The position numbers and the translations under genes were made by a program. The notes under the pieces are model-generated. The model ran no database searches, had not been told where the DNA came from, and worked only from the letters and a program-made list of their open reading frames with translations. 64,000 nt of DNA, taken from positions 126,672 through 190,671 of the IMG/VR virus record IMGVR_UViG_3300036770_006434. One strand, 5' to 3'. Every line of letters starts with the position of its first letter. Positions within the stretch are counted from its first letter, which is position 1. Source of the stretch: a virus. Of the stretch, positions 48,156 to 57,208 are shown piece by piece.

Positions 48156-48830
48156 TTACGCGTTAGCATAGGCGGGGGACTTTAGGAAAGCAATCAGCGC
48201 GAGAGCTTGCGCCCGGGTTGCATCAACCTCGATCCGCACGCTGTCCCCGCCGCGAACGTCAAGCGACGCAAGGGCATAGCGCCCGCCCTCTTCCCCGTGC
48301 TTCGGATTCAACAGGCAAAAGGATTTGCGCGTGCCGCCCCGATGGTGATCCTTTTCAATCTCGCGCCCGCAGGCGGCGGCAATCTCCCCGGCGGTCTTTT
48401 CGTGAGCGTTCGCCGCGTTTGTGTCGCGCTCAATTTGCGCGTTCGCCATAGCAAACACCGTTTCCGCTTCCGGGAGCAGGCGCCGGGCAATGTCCGCGGC
48501 AATAATGGCGGGCGCTTTTGTTTCCGCTGCGGTGATTTCCGGGTCTTTCACACCGCCATAGTTCGGGCTCTCAGAGTAGAGCCGCACATAGTTCCCGGCG
48601 TTGCGCGGGCGATTGAACTGAACCCGGACCCGGCCCTTGGCTGCCCATCCCCCGGAAGAACCGGCGAGGAACAGTTGCAGACCGTCGGAACGGGTCAAAT
48701 ACTGGTTGCCGTTGCGTTCGGTGGCGTCGGGGTGAACCGGGCGGGCGTTCCAAGTGCCGGGCAGAGCGGCGGCGATTTCAGCGGCGAGAGCCGCAAGGGA
48801 AACGGGGGCGGGTGTGTTTGTGTTATTCAT
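48156..48830 (-). CDS. Hypothetical protein (leaderless)
   Basis: 224 aa; TTGACA (48867) with CATACT-8-ATG. Confidence 0.8.
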   Translation of the reverse strand: MNNTNTPAPVSLAALAAEIAAALPGTWNARPVHPDATERNGNQYLTRSDGLQLFLAGSSGGWAAKGRVRVQFNRPRNAGNYVRLYSESPNYGGVKDPEITAAETKAPAIIAADIARRLLPEAETVFAMANAQIERDTNAANAHEKTAGEIAAACGREIEKDHHRGGTRKSFCLLNPKHGEEGGRYALASLDVRGGDSVRIEVDATRAQALALIAFLKSPAYANA

Positions 48831-48909
48831 CGGCGGACAGTATGCGCGCGGGTTGCGGGTATGTCAACAGGAGAAATGGGTTTTGCGTCAATATGAGGAA
48901 AACACCCTA

Positions 48910-49299
48910 TCAAAAACGCAATTCCTTCATTAAAGCAATTTCCTTTACGGTAAAAAACGCCTTAGCGGCGCGGTTTAAGGGAACCGTTTTACCGGCCTCT
49001 TCAATCAGTTTTTCGTCAACCGTTTCCCCCTCGTCCTCCATTTTTGCGACATATTGCGGCACAGATTGTGCCCCGGTGCAATGGCAACACATTTGCCCCA
49101 TAAAATCGGCGGCGGATCGGCAGGACCGCATAAACCCGGAGAACTCCGCGCCGTTTTGGCGGCGAAACACTCCGCGCCATGTGGCGGACTTGCCCGGTTC
49201 AATTGTCAAAACTAGGGAAAGCCCGGTCTCGGCGAGAAAATATGCAACGTCCGACTCAGGGTGCGGGGTGACAGTGTCTAATATGTTGGAATTTTTCAT
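48910..49299 (-). CDS. Hypothetical protein (leaderless)
   Basis: 129 aa; TTCCCT-17-CATACT-8-ATG; palindrome at 49348. Confidence 0.75.
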   Translation of the reverse strand: MKNSNILDTVTPHPESDVAYFLAETGLSLVLTIEPGKSATWRGVFRRQNGAEFSGFMRSCRSAADFMGQMCCHCTGAQSVPQYVAKMEDEGETVDEKLIEEAGKTVPLNRAAKAFFTVKEIALMKELRF

Positions 49300-49365
49300 C
49301 GGCGGACAGTATGGGCAAAAGCCGGGGGAAAGGGAAGAAAAATGTGCTAGGGTGTATTCCCTAGG

Positions 49366-49728
49366 TCAAACCGTTTTGCGTAGCCCTACGCCGAAGAATT
49401 GCACGAATTTGCGCAACTCCTCACCATAAAGGGAGCTGGCGGGCGATACCTGAAACCCCGGGCCGGTTTTCCGCGCGCAACAGATGCAACCGAATTTTCC
49501 GTTGTCCGCGTCGTTTTCCAATTCCATGCCGCGCAACAGTTTATGCGCAACCGATGCGGGGAACGTCTCACGGGCGGCAACGGGCAAACCGTTTTTGCCA
49601 ATCCATCCGGCGTCAACTACCCACTCGGCGGGCGCTCCGGGTTCATCGGCAATCATGCCGGAAAAACAGATGCGGACAGGCACGCGGGAAGTCGCGAAAC
49701 GGGCGGCGGTTTTGTGTTTTGATTTCAT
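49366..49728 (-). CDS. Hypothetical protein (leaderless)
   Basis: 120 aa; TTGTTT-17-CATAAT-8-ATG; palindrome at 49777. Confidence 0.75.
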   Translation of the reverse strand: MKSKHKTAARFATSRVPVRICFSGMIADEPGAPAEWVVDAGWIGKNGLPVAARETFPASVAHKLLRGMELENDADNGKFGCICCARKTGPGFQVSPASSLYGEELRKFVQFFGVGLRKTV

Positions 49729-49789
49729 CGGGCGGCATTATGCGAGCGCGCGAACGGAAAAACAAGGTTTATTTTCTAGGGTCTTTCCC

Positions 49790-50080
49790 CTATCCGGTAA
49801 CGGGCAGAGCGTGAAACGTCATGCCTACCCGCTCACAATCCCGGCGGAAACGGCGCTGCCAGTAAACGGAAAGGGGTTTTGCCGCATCCAACGCCCGCAT
49901 GGCGTCAATCTGCGCGTCATAGCGCAAAACGCCTTCCGGTTTCGTCGTATACCCCCAATCCTTCCCCATTTCGCCGGGCAATTGCGACACATAAAGCGGC
50001 GCGCGGTGCGGCTGTTTGGGGTGCGTGCAATAGCAGATTGCGGAGCCGGGAGCGGGGGAGGTGACAGGTTTTGATTTCAT
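49790..50080 (-). CDS. Hypothetical protein (leaderless)
   Basis: 96 aa; TAAACT-8-ATG; TAG stop inside palindrome 49777. Confidence 0.75.
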   Translation of the reverse strand: MKSKPVTSPAPGSAICYCTHPKQPHRAPLYVSQLPGEMGKDWGYTTKPEGVLRYDAQIDAMRALDAAKPLSVYWQRRFRRDCERVGMTFHALPVTG

Positions 50081-50275
50081 CGGCGGACAGTTTACGCGCT
50101 TTCAGGACCTTTTCCTAGTCGGGAAAACTACCCATTTTCCGTCTAGGGTGTTCCCCCTAGTTGCCCGGCCGCGCGGGGTTGAAGTCCGGCGGCCGGGCCT
50201 AGGATGAAAACCCCGGGGGATTTATGGAAAAGGGCTCCCCGGGTTGGCCCAAGTGTAAAAAGGGACGCGGGCCGG

Positions 50276-50749
50276 TTAGCTGATTTCCGACAGTTCCGCG
50301 CGCTCCGTCTCTGTGAAGAACGCCCGCAGGCGCTTTCCGAAGGCGGCGCACCGCTTGAAAGTCGCCAACGCTTTGCGGCTGTCCTCTTCGTAACCGAACT
50401 CCCCGCAGAAGTCGGCGAACGTGTCCGGGCAATTCACATCCCCGGAGATGCACGCTAGCGCATCGTAAGACGTGGGGGTTTCACCCTTTTCCTTCGCGCT
50501 GATACTGTCCCAAAAGGAGAACGAAAGGGCGCGGACGTTTACCGGATTCACGCCGCCCGGGCGGACCTTGCGGGAGAGCTTGACCCGGTATTTGATCCCG
50601 TGCGCACCGTCTTTTGCCCAAGCCGGGGGCGTTTGCGCTTTCGCGGGCTTCGCGGCGAACGTGATTCCGTTCCGGGCGAGGAAGTCAAGCGCCGTTTGCT
50701 CATAGGAGGAAACCGGCGCGGGGGAGGTGTTTTGCGTGTTTGTTTTCAT
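50276..50749 (-). CDS. Conserved phage hypothetical protein (leaderless)
   Basis: YDALACI...TFADFCGEFGYEEDSRKA motif, a pattern common in phage small proteins; TATCTT-7-ATG. Confidence 0.8.
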   Translation of the reverse strand: MKTNTQNTSPAPVSSYEQTALDFLARNGITFAAKPAKAQTPPAWAKDGAHGIKYRVKLSRKVRPGGVNPVNVRALSFSFWDSISAKEKGETPTSYDALACISGDVNCPDTFADFCGEFGYEEDSRKALATFKRCAAFGKRLRAFFTETERAELSEIS

Positions 50750-50803
50750 CGGCTAAAAGATAGCAGAGGACCGGGAAGGAAAGCAATACGTAGTTATACG
50801 TAG

Positions 50804-51028
50804 TCAGAGGACCGGCGCGCTAACCGTCACACGCTTGTAACGCGTCCCGTTCGGCATCCGGGAGAGCGGCGGCAATCCGTCATGCGCGCGGGCGCTGTTG
50901 TAGTCGGCAAGGGCGTTTTGCCGGTAGGTTTCACCGTAGGAGGCGGAACAGTTGCCGGAATAGCTACCAACGTGCCGAGTAGGCGGGACGGTGAAGCGGT
51001 AGGAGGCGCGGGGGGTGTTGTTTTTCAT
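50804..51028 (-). CDS. Hypothetical protein (leaderless)
   Basis: 74 aa; GTGACA-17-CATACT-8-ATG; palindrome at 51078. Confidence 0.75.
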   Translation of the reverse strand: MKNNTPRASYRFTVPPTRHVGSYSGNCSASYGETYRQNALADYNSARAHDGLPPLSRMPNGTRYKRVTVSAPVL

Positions 51029-51090
51029 CGTCGGACAGTATGCCGGAGGGTTTTCCGTTTGTCACGCTTTTTCCGTCTAGGGTCTATTCC

Positions 51091-51474
51091 CTAGACCCGG
51101 ACCCGCAATGCCCTTTCCGCGCGGGCATAGTCGTATACCGTTGGCACGCCTTCCCGGCCGTCAAGCCGGGCGGATGTGAGTCTAGCGGGGATTTCCCGGA
51201 CGATGGCGGACAGTTCGGCGACCTGTTCCAAAAGGGCGGCGTTTTGGCGGCGAAGTTCCTCAATGTGCGCGAGGTGAACGGATTCCGGGTCATAACAGCC
51301 GCCCTTTTCCCGGCTCCGCGCGTCCTCTGCCGCGAGTCCGGCGAGGTGTTCGGCGATTTCCGTTGGCATTTGCAGGGAGTGCAACCCCGACGGGCCTTTC
51401 CCGTCCTGCCACTGGAACAGGGAGTGCCCGGGCATTGAGGTTGGGGCGACGGCGAAAATGGGCGGGTTCTTCAT
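51091..51474 (-). CDS. Hypothetical protein (leaderless)
   Basis: 127 aa; GTGACA-17-CATCCT-9-ATG; stop inside palindrome 51078. Confidence 0.75.
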   Translation of the reverse strand: MKNPPIFAVAPTSMPGHSLFQWQDGKGPSGLHSLQMPTEIAEHLAGLAAEDARSREKGGCYDPESVHLAHIEELRRQNAALLEQVAELSAIVREIPARLTSARLDGREGVPTVYDYARAERALRVRV

Positions 51475-51529
51475 AATGTGTAAAGGATGCCAAAACGCGG
51501 CTTGCTTGTCACGTCTTTTCGCCTAGGGT

Positions 51530-51703
51530 CTATTCCCTACCTTTCCGGTTAAAGTGTTCCCGTGCATCCCGGCGGGCGGTCCGCAGGTTGGCGGCATCGG
51601 TTGTAAACTGTCCTAGCCCACGGGAATAGCAGGTGAACACGGCCATGCCGTAGGCGTTGCGCCCGTGATAGGTGATTTCAGAGTGTTTGACTTTGGTTTT
51701 CAT
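51530..51703 (-). CDS. Small hypothetical protein (not in the ORF track)
   Basis: 57 aa MKTKVKHSEITYHGRNAYGMAVFTCYSRGLGQFTTDAANLRTARRDAREHFNRKGRE; stop inside palindrome 51524. Confidence 0.65.
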   Translation of the reverse strand: MKTKVKHSEITYHGRNAYGMAVFTCYSRGLGQFTTDAANLRTARRDAREHFNRKGRE

Positions 51704-51716
51704 CGGTCAAAACGTT

Positions 51717-52070
51717 TCAGGATTGCGCTCGGTTTTTCAACCAAAAACCCGCTTGCAGGGCAATTTCGCCGGCATCCATTTTGCGCAATTGCCGCAGGAA
51801 AAGGACGGCGGAACGTATTTGCCGGTAGCGCCAAGCGGCCCGCGCCGCGTGTTCCGTGTCGAATCGGCTCCCGTAATAGGTCCCGCTTTTCGTGTCATAG
51901 TAAACGAATCCGCGCTCCTCAATGCGCGACGGCCAAGGGATTGAACCATAAGGGGAAAACTCGAATCCGTCAGACAGGCGGACGGCAACCCGTGCCGGGG
52001 AGATTTCCGGGCAAGGGCGCACAGTGGCGAGCGCAATCATCTTTTCAAGTGTGGGCGTTTTCGTTTTCAT
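51717..52070 (-). CDS. Hypothetical protein (leaderless)
   Basis: 117 aa; TTGACA-17-CATAAT-8-ATG; palindrome at 52109. Confidence 0.8.
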   Translation of the reverse strand: MKTKTPTLEKMIALATVRPCPEISPARVAVRLSDGFEFSPYGSIPWPSRIEERGFVYYDTKSGTYYGSRFDTEHAARAAWRYRQIRSAVLFLRQLRKMDAGEIALQAGFWLKNRAQS

Positions 52071-52131
52071 CGTCGCACATTATGCACCCTTCCCCGGGTT
52101 CTGTCAACTAGGGGATTCCCCTCATTTTCCC

Positions 52132-53385
52132 TTATTTTGCGGCAAATCCGGCAAGCACGGATTCAACCGCTGCCAGCCCGGCAACCTTATTCCCGCGAAA
52201 GGGTTGAGAGGCGGAAATCGCGGCGTGCGCTTGGGCGCGGGTCAACCCCCGGGCGCGGAAATCCTTTCCAGTTGCGCAATAGAGAGCGAACGTCTGGCGA
52301 GGGCTTGCCGGCTCCTCCCCGTTCTCCGGGGCCGGGACGGTGACGGGCGCGGAAACAGCGCGGACAGGGGCGGCGGCAGCCTTCACGGGCTCCCCGAAAA
52401 CGCGCCCCGCCTTCGCTTGCTCCTCGAATTTCGCGACGCGTGCGGGCTCCAGACGCTTGAATTGCCCGCCGTCAACGTTGTAACAGAGGGAGCCGCCGCG
52501 TTTCTTCACGGTGATTTTGCGGGGCTTAAACGTGCCCGGAGCCGTCTCCGTTTCCATGCTGCAAAGGTAAAGCGTGAATTCCCCTCCATCCCGTAACGGA
52601 GCCGTTTCCAACCGTTGCGCGGCCGGGAGGGTCGCCAGAAAAGCGGCGAAACGCACCTTGCGCGCCTCTTCCTCTGCGGCGTTTTTGATCCGGCGCTCCT
52701 CGCATTCCGCGCGCCAAGCGTCGTCTTTCCGGTCCTGTTCCTCTTTCGCGGCCCGCTCCAAGGTCGCCAGCGTTTCGGGGCTTCCCACGTCGGGGAACAC
52801 GGTTGCGATGAACGCCCAAAGGTCCGCCGCAGGGATCGCGCCAATATGCATGGATACCCCGTAGCCTAGCCCATACGCGAGGGCAAACGCCCCGGCGGAC
52901 CCATAGAACAGGGACACGGGAAGGGCGCGGAGCGTGTCAATGGTTTTCTGTTTTTGCGCCGCGCGGTCCTCCTCCTTGTAAACGGTGAAGTAGCGGACAA
53001 GCTCGAAGCCGGAAGAGTTTTTGTGCGCAACCCATCCCGCCGCCGACACTTTGGCAATACGGGAAAGCAGAGCCTTTTTCTCCGCGTCAATGGCCGAAAA
53101 CTTGACTCCCACGGAGCCGTTGCCGTTCTGGAAAACGGCTTTGTAACCTCCGGGGCGCGCGGCGGGATTGAAAGCGGGGAGCTTCCCGTGTATCGTTACC
53201 TGCGTGCTATACAGAAGGGCCGGGACGTTGAGGGTTTCGAGCCGTTCAAGCGTCACCCCGTTTTCCAGTTCTTCGGCCGTGATTTCGGCAACCGTGTTCG
53301 GCGCCACGTTGGAAACGCGCCGCGCTTTGTCGTCCCGGCGGCAATCCATCGTTTCCAGTTTTTCCGTCAAGGTGTATGTGTTCAT
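52132..53385 (-). CDS. Large hypothetical protein (leaderless)
   Basis: 417 aa from MNTYTL; TAGACA-17-CACACT-8-ATG. Confidence 0.8.
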   Translation of the reverse strand: MNTYTLTEKLETMDCRRDDKARRVSNVAPNTVAEITAEELENGVTLERLETLNVPALLYSTQVTIHGKLPAFNPAARPGGYKAVFQNGNGSVGVKFSAIDAEKKALLSRIAKVSAAGWVAHKNSSGFELVRYFTVYKEEDRAAQKQKTIDTLRALPVSLFYGSAGAFALAYGLGYGVSMHIGAIPAADLWAFIATVFPDVGSPETLATLERAAKEEQDRKDDAWRAECEERRIKNAAEEEARKVRFAAFLATLPAAQRLETAPLRDGGEFTLYLCSMETETAPGTFKPRKITVKKRGGSLCYNVDGGQFKRLEPARVAKFEEQAKAGRVFGEPVKAAAAPVRAVSAPVTVPAPENGEEPASPRQTFALYCATGKDFRARGLTRAQAHAAISASQPFRGNKVAGLAAVESVLAGFAAK

Positions 53386-53435
53386 CGGGGAACAGTGTGC
53401 CAGAACGCGCGGGCTTTGTCTATGGGGTGTTCCCC

Positions 53436-53672
53436 TTATTCGCAAACCGCCACAATGGAAACCCGGACGCCGGCCGCTTCACATCGGGCTTGTGCCCATA
53501 CGGCATCCGCTCCGCTGGCATACCGTTTCGCGTCCTTCCGGTCGGCAACGCCGCGCACGGCTTCAACCGTTGACGCATCGGAAACGATCCATGCCCGGAT
53601 CGGAAACCCCGGTTTCGCGGGCAGGGTGCGGAGATAGAAGGAAACAGGGGAAGAACAGGTATTTGATTTCAT
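53436..53672 (-). CDS. Hypothetical protein (leaderless)
   Basis: 78 aa from MKSNT; TATGAT-7-ATG; TAA stop inside palindrome 53423. Confidence 0.7.
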   Translation of the reverse strand: MKSNTCSSPVSFYLRTLPAKPGFPIRAWIVSDASTVEAVRGVADRKDAKRYASGADAVWAQARCEAAGVRVSIVAVCE

Positions 53673-53739
53673 CCCCGGCATCATAGCACATCGGGCCGGG
53701 AAGGGAAGAAAAATGTGAATAGGGTGTTTACCCTAGTCC

Positions 53740-53952
53740 CTATCCTACCCGCACCCAAACCCCGCCAAAGGACTCCCGCTCATAGCGAAAAGACTCCCCG
53801 GCATAATGGGCAACCGCCCAAAGGGAGCAAACCGTTTCGCCGCGCATCATGGAAATCCCGGGGGCGAAGTAGTCCGGGGGAAGGATGGAGCCGATGGGCG
53901 CGACGTGTGCCGGTTTCACGGGGTCAAAAGGCGTGATTTTCGCAGGCTTCAA
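53740..53952 (-). CDS. Hypothetical protein
   Basis: About 70 aa; TTG start overlaps the previous gene, so the start is uncertain. Confidence 0.45.
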   Translation of the reverse strand: MKPAKITPFDPVKPAHVAPIGSILPPDYFAPGISMMRGETVCSLWAVAHYAGESFRYERESFGGVWVRVG

Positions 53953-54397
53953 TCTCCGCTTCCAACCGCGCGATTTTGGCCGTCAACTCGGCGACGGTTT
54001 CAGGGGCGGACGCACCCTCCTCCTCCGCTTCAAGATTCTCCTCTTTTTCAAGCGCGGTTTCCGCGTCCGTCAATTCGCCGCGCAGGGAGTCAAGAAACTC
54101 CTCCCGCGCGTTTTCAACGTCCCTTTCATCGTAATAGTCCCCGCCAATCTCGTAAACATTTTCGTGGTCCGAAGAGTCCGCGACTCCGCAGCGAAATGCT
54201 ATGGGGTCCATCTCTTCTAGGACACGGGAGGGTGACATACCGGAGAACGGGCCGCCGATAGAGTCGAAAGAATAGAGTTCGTCAAGCGTATCGCGGAAAC
54301 GCTGTTCTATGTCAACCGCCGAACATTCGGCTACAACGTGAGCGGTCAGACGGTCAATGACGGATTTCAGGGCTTCGGGGGACAGGTTGGTTTTCAT
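53924..54397 (-). CDS. Conserved phage hypothetical protein, paralog A (leaderless)
   Basis: LDELY...MSPSRVLEEMDPIAFRCG motif shared with 61281..61703; TTCCAT-17-TACAGT-8-ATG. Confidence 0.8.
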   Translation of the reverse strand: MKTNLSPEALKSVIDRLTAHVVAECSAVDIEQRFRDTLDELYSFDSIGGPFSGMSPSRVLEEMDPIAFRCGVADSSDHENVYEIGGDYYDERDVENAREEFLDSLRGELTDAETALEKEENLEAEEEGASAPETVAELTAKIARLEAEIEACENHAF

Positions 54398-54461
54398 CGG
54401 CGGAAACTGTAACATTTTTTAGGACGCAATGGAATAGGGTGTTTTCCTTATTTTGCGGTTT

Positions 54462-54836
54462 TTATCCCTTTTTCAGTTCCCGCGCAAGTTCTTCCAAACG
54501 ATGCCGGTTGGATTCGTCGCCGGGCAAGGAGCGGGCAAGTCGCGCGTCAATCCATTCCGCAAGGGATTCGTCCGGGGCCGATTGAATCAGCGTAAACTTC
54601 TCCCGGGCAATGTCCGCGCAATTCGCCAGTTCCTCGGCGTCAAACGCGGCGGAGCCCCCGCTATTGACAAACGTGCATTGCCAGCGGACGAACTTGGCGA
54701 CCTGTTCCAAGGTGACAAAAACAGGTTTGAACCCGGGCAAACCGCAGCCAAACAACGCGGAATCGTCAACGTGCGCGAGGTCTTTCGAGTAGTCAAACGC
54801 CAGAGCGGCGGCGGAAGCGAATTCTGATTTTTTCAT
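54462..54836 (-). CDS. Hypothetical protein (leaderless)
   Basis: 124 aa from MKKSE; TTGAAA-16-TACACT-9-ATG. Confidence 0.75.
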   Translation of the reverse strand: MKKSEFASAAALAFDYSKDLAHVDDSALFGCGLPGFKPVFVTLEQVAKFVRWQCTFVNSGGSAAFDAEELANCADIAREKFTLIQSAPDESLAEWIDARLARSLPGDESNRHRLEELARELKKG

Positions 54837-54899
54837 CGGGAACACAGTGTAACAGGTTCCGGGCGGTTTTCAATAGGGTTTATTCCCTATACTACCCCG

Positions 54900-55487
54900 T
54901 CACCCAAACCGCCGGCCGTCCTCGGTAAAGGTGTATTCGTTGGCCTCAATGGATTCGTCAACCTGTTCGTCGGCGTTTTCCCATTCATAGGCGCTTTCCA
55001 GTTGACGGTAAATCCATCGCATCGCGTCTTTGGCGGCTTCCTCTAGGGCGCGTTCCGCCTCGTCCGCGTCATCCCCGTTTTGATCCGGGAAGGAGAACGA
55101 AAAATCCGTGCAATTCTCGTGCTGATAATACCCGGAATGCCGCACGGTGAAGGTCGCCAGCGGGAACAGCGCCGCCAGACGCTCAAACTCGGCGGCAATC
55201 CGGTGAAGCTCGGCGTCTTTCGGGGCGTATTCCCGCATAGCGCCCGGCGTCACGTCAGCGGCGCGCCAAGTGCCCTCGAAACACGCGCCGTCACCTTGGG
55301 AAGAGAACCCCGAGTAAAGCACGCGGTCAATGGTGATTCCGCAGGTGGCGAACGCCTGTTTGGCGTCCTCAATGGTGGAGTAGGCGTCAAAGGAGGAATC
55401 GCCATTGCGAAACCATTCCCGCGCCTTTTCCTTGGCGGCGGCAGACAGTTCGGAGAAGGAGTAGACTTGTGTTTGGATTGTTTTCAT
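54900..55487 (-). CDS. Conserved phage/plasmid protein, often annotated as antitoxin of TA stability system (function unverified)
   Basis: MKTIQTQVYSFSELSAAAKEKAREW...YSGFSSQGDGACF...ANEYTFTEDG signature; TTGAAA-17-TATTCT-8-ATG. Confidence 0.75.
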   Translation of the reverse strand: MKTIQTQVYSFSELSAAAKEKAREWFRNGDSSFDAYSTIEDAKQAFATCGITIDRVLYSGFSSQGDGACFEGTWRAADVTPGAMREYAPKDAELHRIAAEFERLAALFPLATFTVRHSGYYQHENCTDFSFSFPDQNGDDADEAERALEEAAKDAMRWIYRQLESAYEWENADEQVDESIEANEYTFTEDGRRFG

Positions 55488-55537
55488 CGGGGAAAAGAAT
55501 AGCAGAGAAGGGTCAGTATTTCAATAGGGTGTTTCCC

Positions 55538-56008
55538 TCATTCCGCAGTTTTCTGCGCGCTCCGATGGATTTTACCCACATTCCGGTCCCCCCAACGGGT
55601 AACGTCAGGGTTAAACGGCTCGTCATAGGTCTCTTGCGCTTCATCATACGTCAACCCAGAGGAAAGCACATCGGGAATCAAATTCCAGCGCAGTTCCCCG
55701 CCTTTGGTCGGCAAAATGGAAACGCCGCCGACTGCAATGCCCTTGCGTTTAGTGGCGTCCGATCCCCGGTCAATGGCCGGGACTTGGGCCGTGACGTGAC
55801 GTGCCCCTTTCAGGAGCGGGAGAAAAGCGTCGCCGTCATGGAAAACGATGCGGCCCTTGAACCCAAGGAAAGACCGTTCCGCGACGATCCGCTCGTAAAT
55901 TTCCACGTATTCGACACGCCCCGCTTCCCGGTCGATTTTGTCGTAGCAGGCAACGGCATGGCCGTCGGAATAAAGGTAAAGGCAAGTGCAGGTTTTACGG
56001 GAGTTCAT
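55538..56008 (-). CDS. Hypothetical protein (leaderless)
   Basis: 156 aa from MNSRKT; TGA stop inside palindrome 55525. Confidence 0.75.
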   Translation of the reverse strand: MNSRKTCTCLYLYSDGHAVACYDKIDREAGRVEYVEIYERIVAERSFLGFKGRIVFHDGDAFLPLLKGARHVTAQVPAIDRGSDATKRKGIAVGGVSILPTKGGELRWNLIPDVLSSGLTYDEAQETYDEPFNPDVTRWGDRNVGKIHRSAQKTAE

Positions 56009-56057
56009 GGGGAAGAGAGTAACAGATTCTCTGTATTTGTCCAGTAGGGTGTTTCCC

Positions 56058-56390
56058 TCAATTCGTGGTAATCTCAAATTCCCCGGCCATCCCCCGGTCA
56101 AATAGCCCCTGCAAAGCAGAGCACAATCGGCTAACGGTTAAACGGCTTTCAATTGCGGCCAAAACCGTGTAAGTGTCACCGTCTTTTTCCATGCTGCCCC
56201 AAGACAGGGACAAGCCGCGAAAGGCGGAACTTGAATCCCCTATCCCGTGCGTCGTGCAATCCTCAAATTCCGTGCGAAGCTGGGTGATAAACCGATGGCG
56301 GTTGGTAGGGCAAACGAGACGCGGGAGAGACGGCACGGCTTCCGCGTCTTCAGCAAGGGAACGGGTGAATTTGACGGTGTGAGTATTCAT
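56058..56390 (-). CDS. Hypothetical protein (leaderless)
   Basis: 110 aa; TAGACC-17-TATCCT-7-ATG; TGA stop inside palindrome 56045. Confidence 0.75.
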   Translation of the reverse strand: MNTHTVKFTRSLAEDAEAVPSLPRLVCPTNRHRFITQLRTEFEDCTTHGIGDSSSAFRGLSLSWGSMEKDGDTYTVLAAIESRLTVSRLCSALQGLFDRGMAGEFEITTN

Positions 56391-56447
56391 CGGGAACAGG
56401 ATAGCAGGTTGGAGTGCTTGGGTCTATAGGGAGTTCACCCCATTTCT

Positions 56448-56633
56448 TCACATAATAATATGCCCCGGATTCGCGGCCTTATACGCGGCAAGGTATTTCG
56501 TGCGGGCTTTATCCAAGTCGGATTTGACCCTCTTGTAATCAGCGGAAAAAACGCTGGTGTTCATCCATTTTGCGTGGTGGGCCTCATATTCGCGGACGGC
56601 GATTTCCAAGTTCTTTTTAACATTTGTATTCAT
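56448..56633 (-). CDS. Small helical hypothetical protein (leaderless)
   Basis: 61 aa; TTGAAA-17-TATACT-8-ATG. Confidence 0.75.
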   Translation of the reverse strand: MNTNVKKNLEIAVREYEAHHAKWMNTSVFSADYKRVKSDLDKARTKYLAAYKAANPGHIIM

Positions 56634-56843
56634 CGGCGGACAGTATACCTGAAATCGGATGGGATTTCAATAGGGAGTTCACCCTATTTTTCCTCAAATC
56701 ACGCGATACGCCGCGAAGGGATAACTTTTTCTCGGCGCTCGGAGCGGGTTTGGTGTTCGAGTGAGCGCGGCTCACTTCATTGGTGTTTTCATTGCGCTTG
56801 CAGTATGCCAGAGGTTGAGTCCAAAGTCTATAGGGTGAATCCC

Positions 56844-57149
56844 TTATTCCGTCTCTTCGCGCTCAGGACAAACCAGTTCCCCGGAGTCAATGAACTCCGC
56901 AACAAACCGTCGCATGGAAGCGCCGGAGAGGTGAAGGAACGCTGGATTTGGCCCCGTTTTCCACGGGAAGGGAGTCATCGGCTTACCTCTGAGGTTTTCG
57001 CAGTCGTCAAAACTCGGCGCGTCTTTTGCATAGGTATAAAGGGCAATCACCTTATTGTCAGAGTTTCGGTGATGCACCATAACCTCGCTCTCCCCGTCGG
57101 TATAGGTGTATTCGGTGAAGGCGCGGGCTTTGGTTGGTGTTTTCATCAT
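56844..57149 (-). CDS. Hypothetical protein (leaderless)
   Basis: About 101 aa from MMKTP; TAA stop inside palindrome 56831. Confidence 0.75.
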   Translation of the reverse strand: MMKTPTKARAFTEYTYTDGESEVMVHHRNSDNKVIALYTYAKDAPSFDDCENLRGKPMTPFPWKTGPNPAFLHLSGASMRRFVAEFIDSGELVCPEREETE

Positions 57150-57208
57150 GCCGAGAGGATAGCACAGAAAGGGGGTGCGGCGCAATAGGGTGTATTCCTC
57201 ATTACCCC

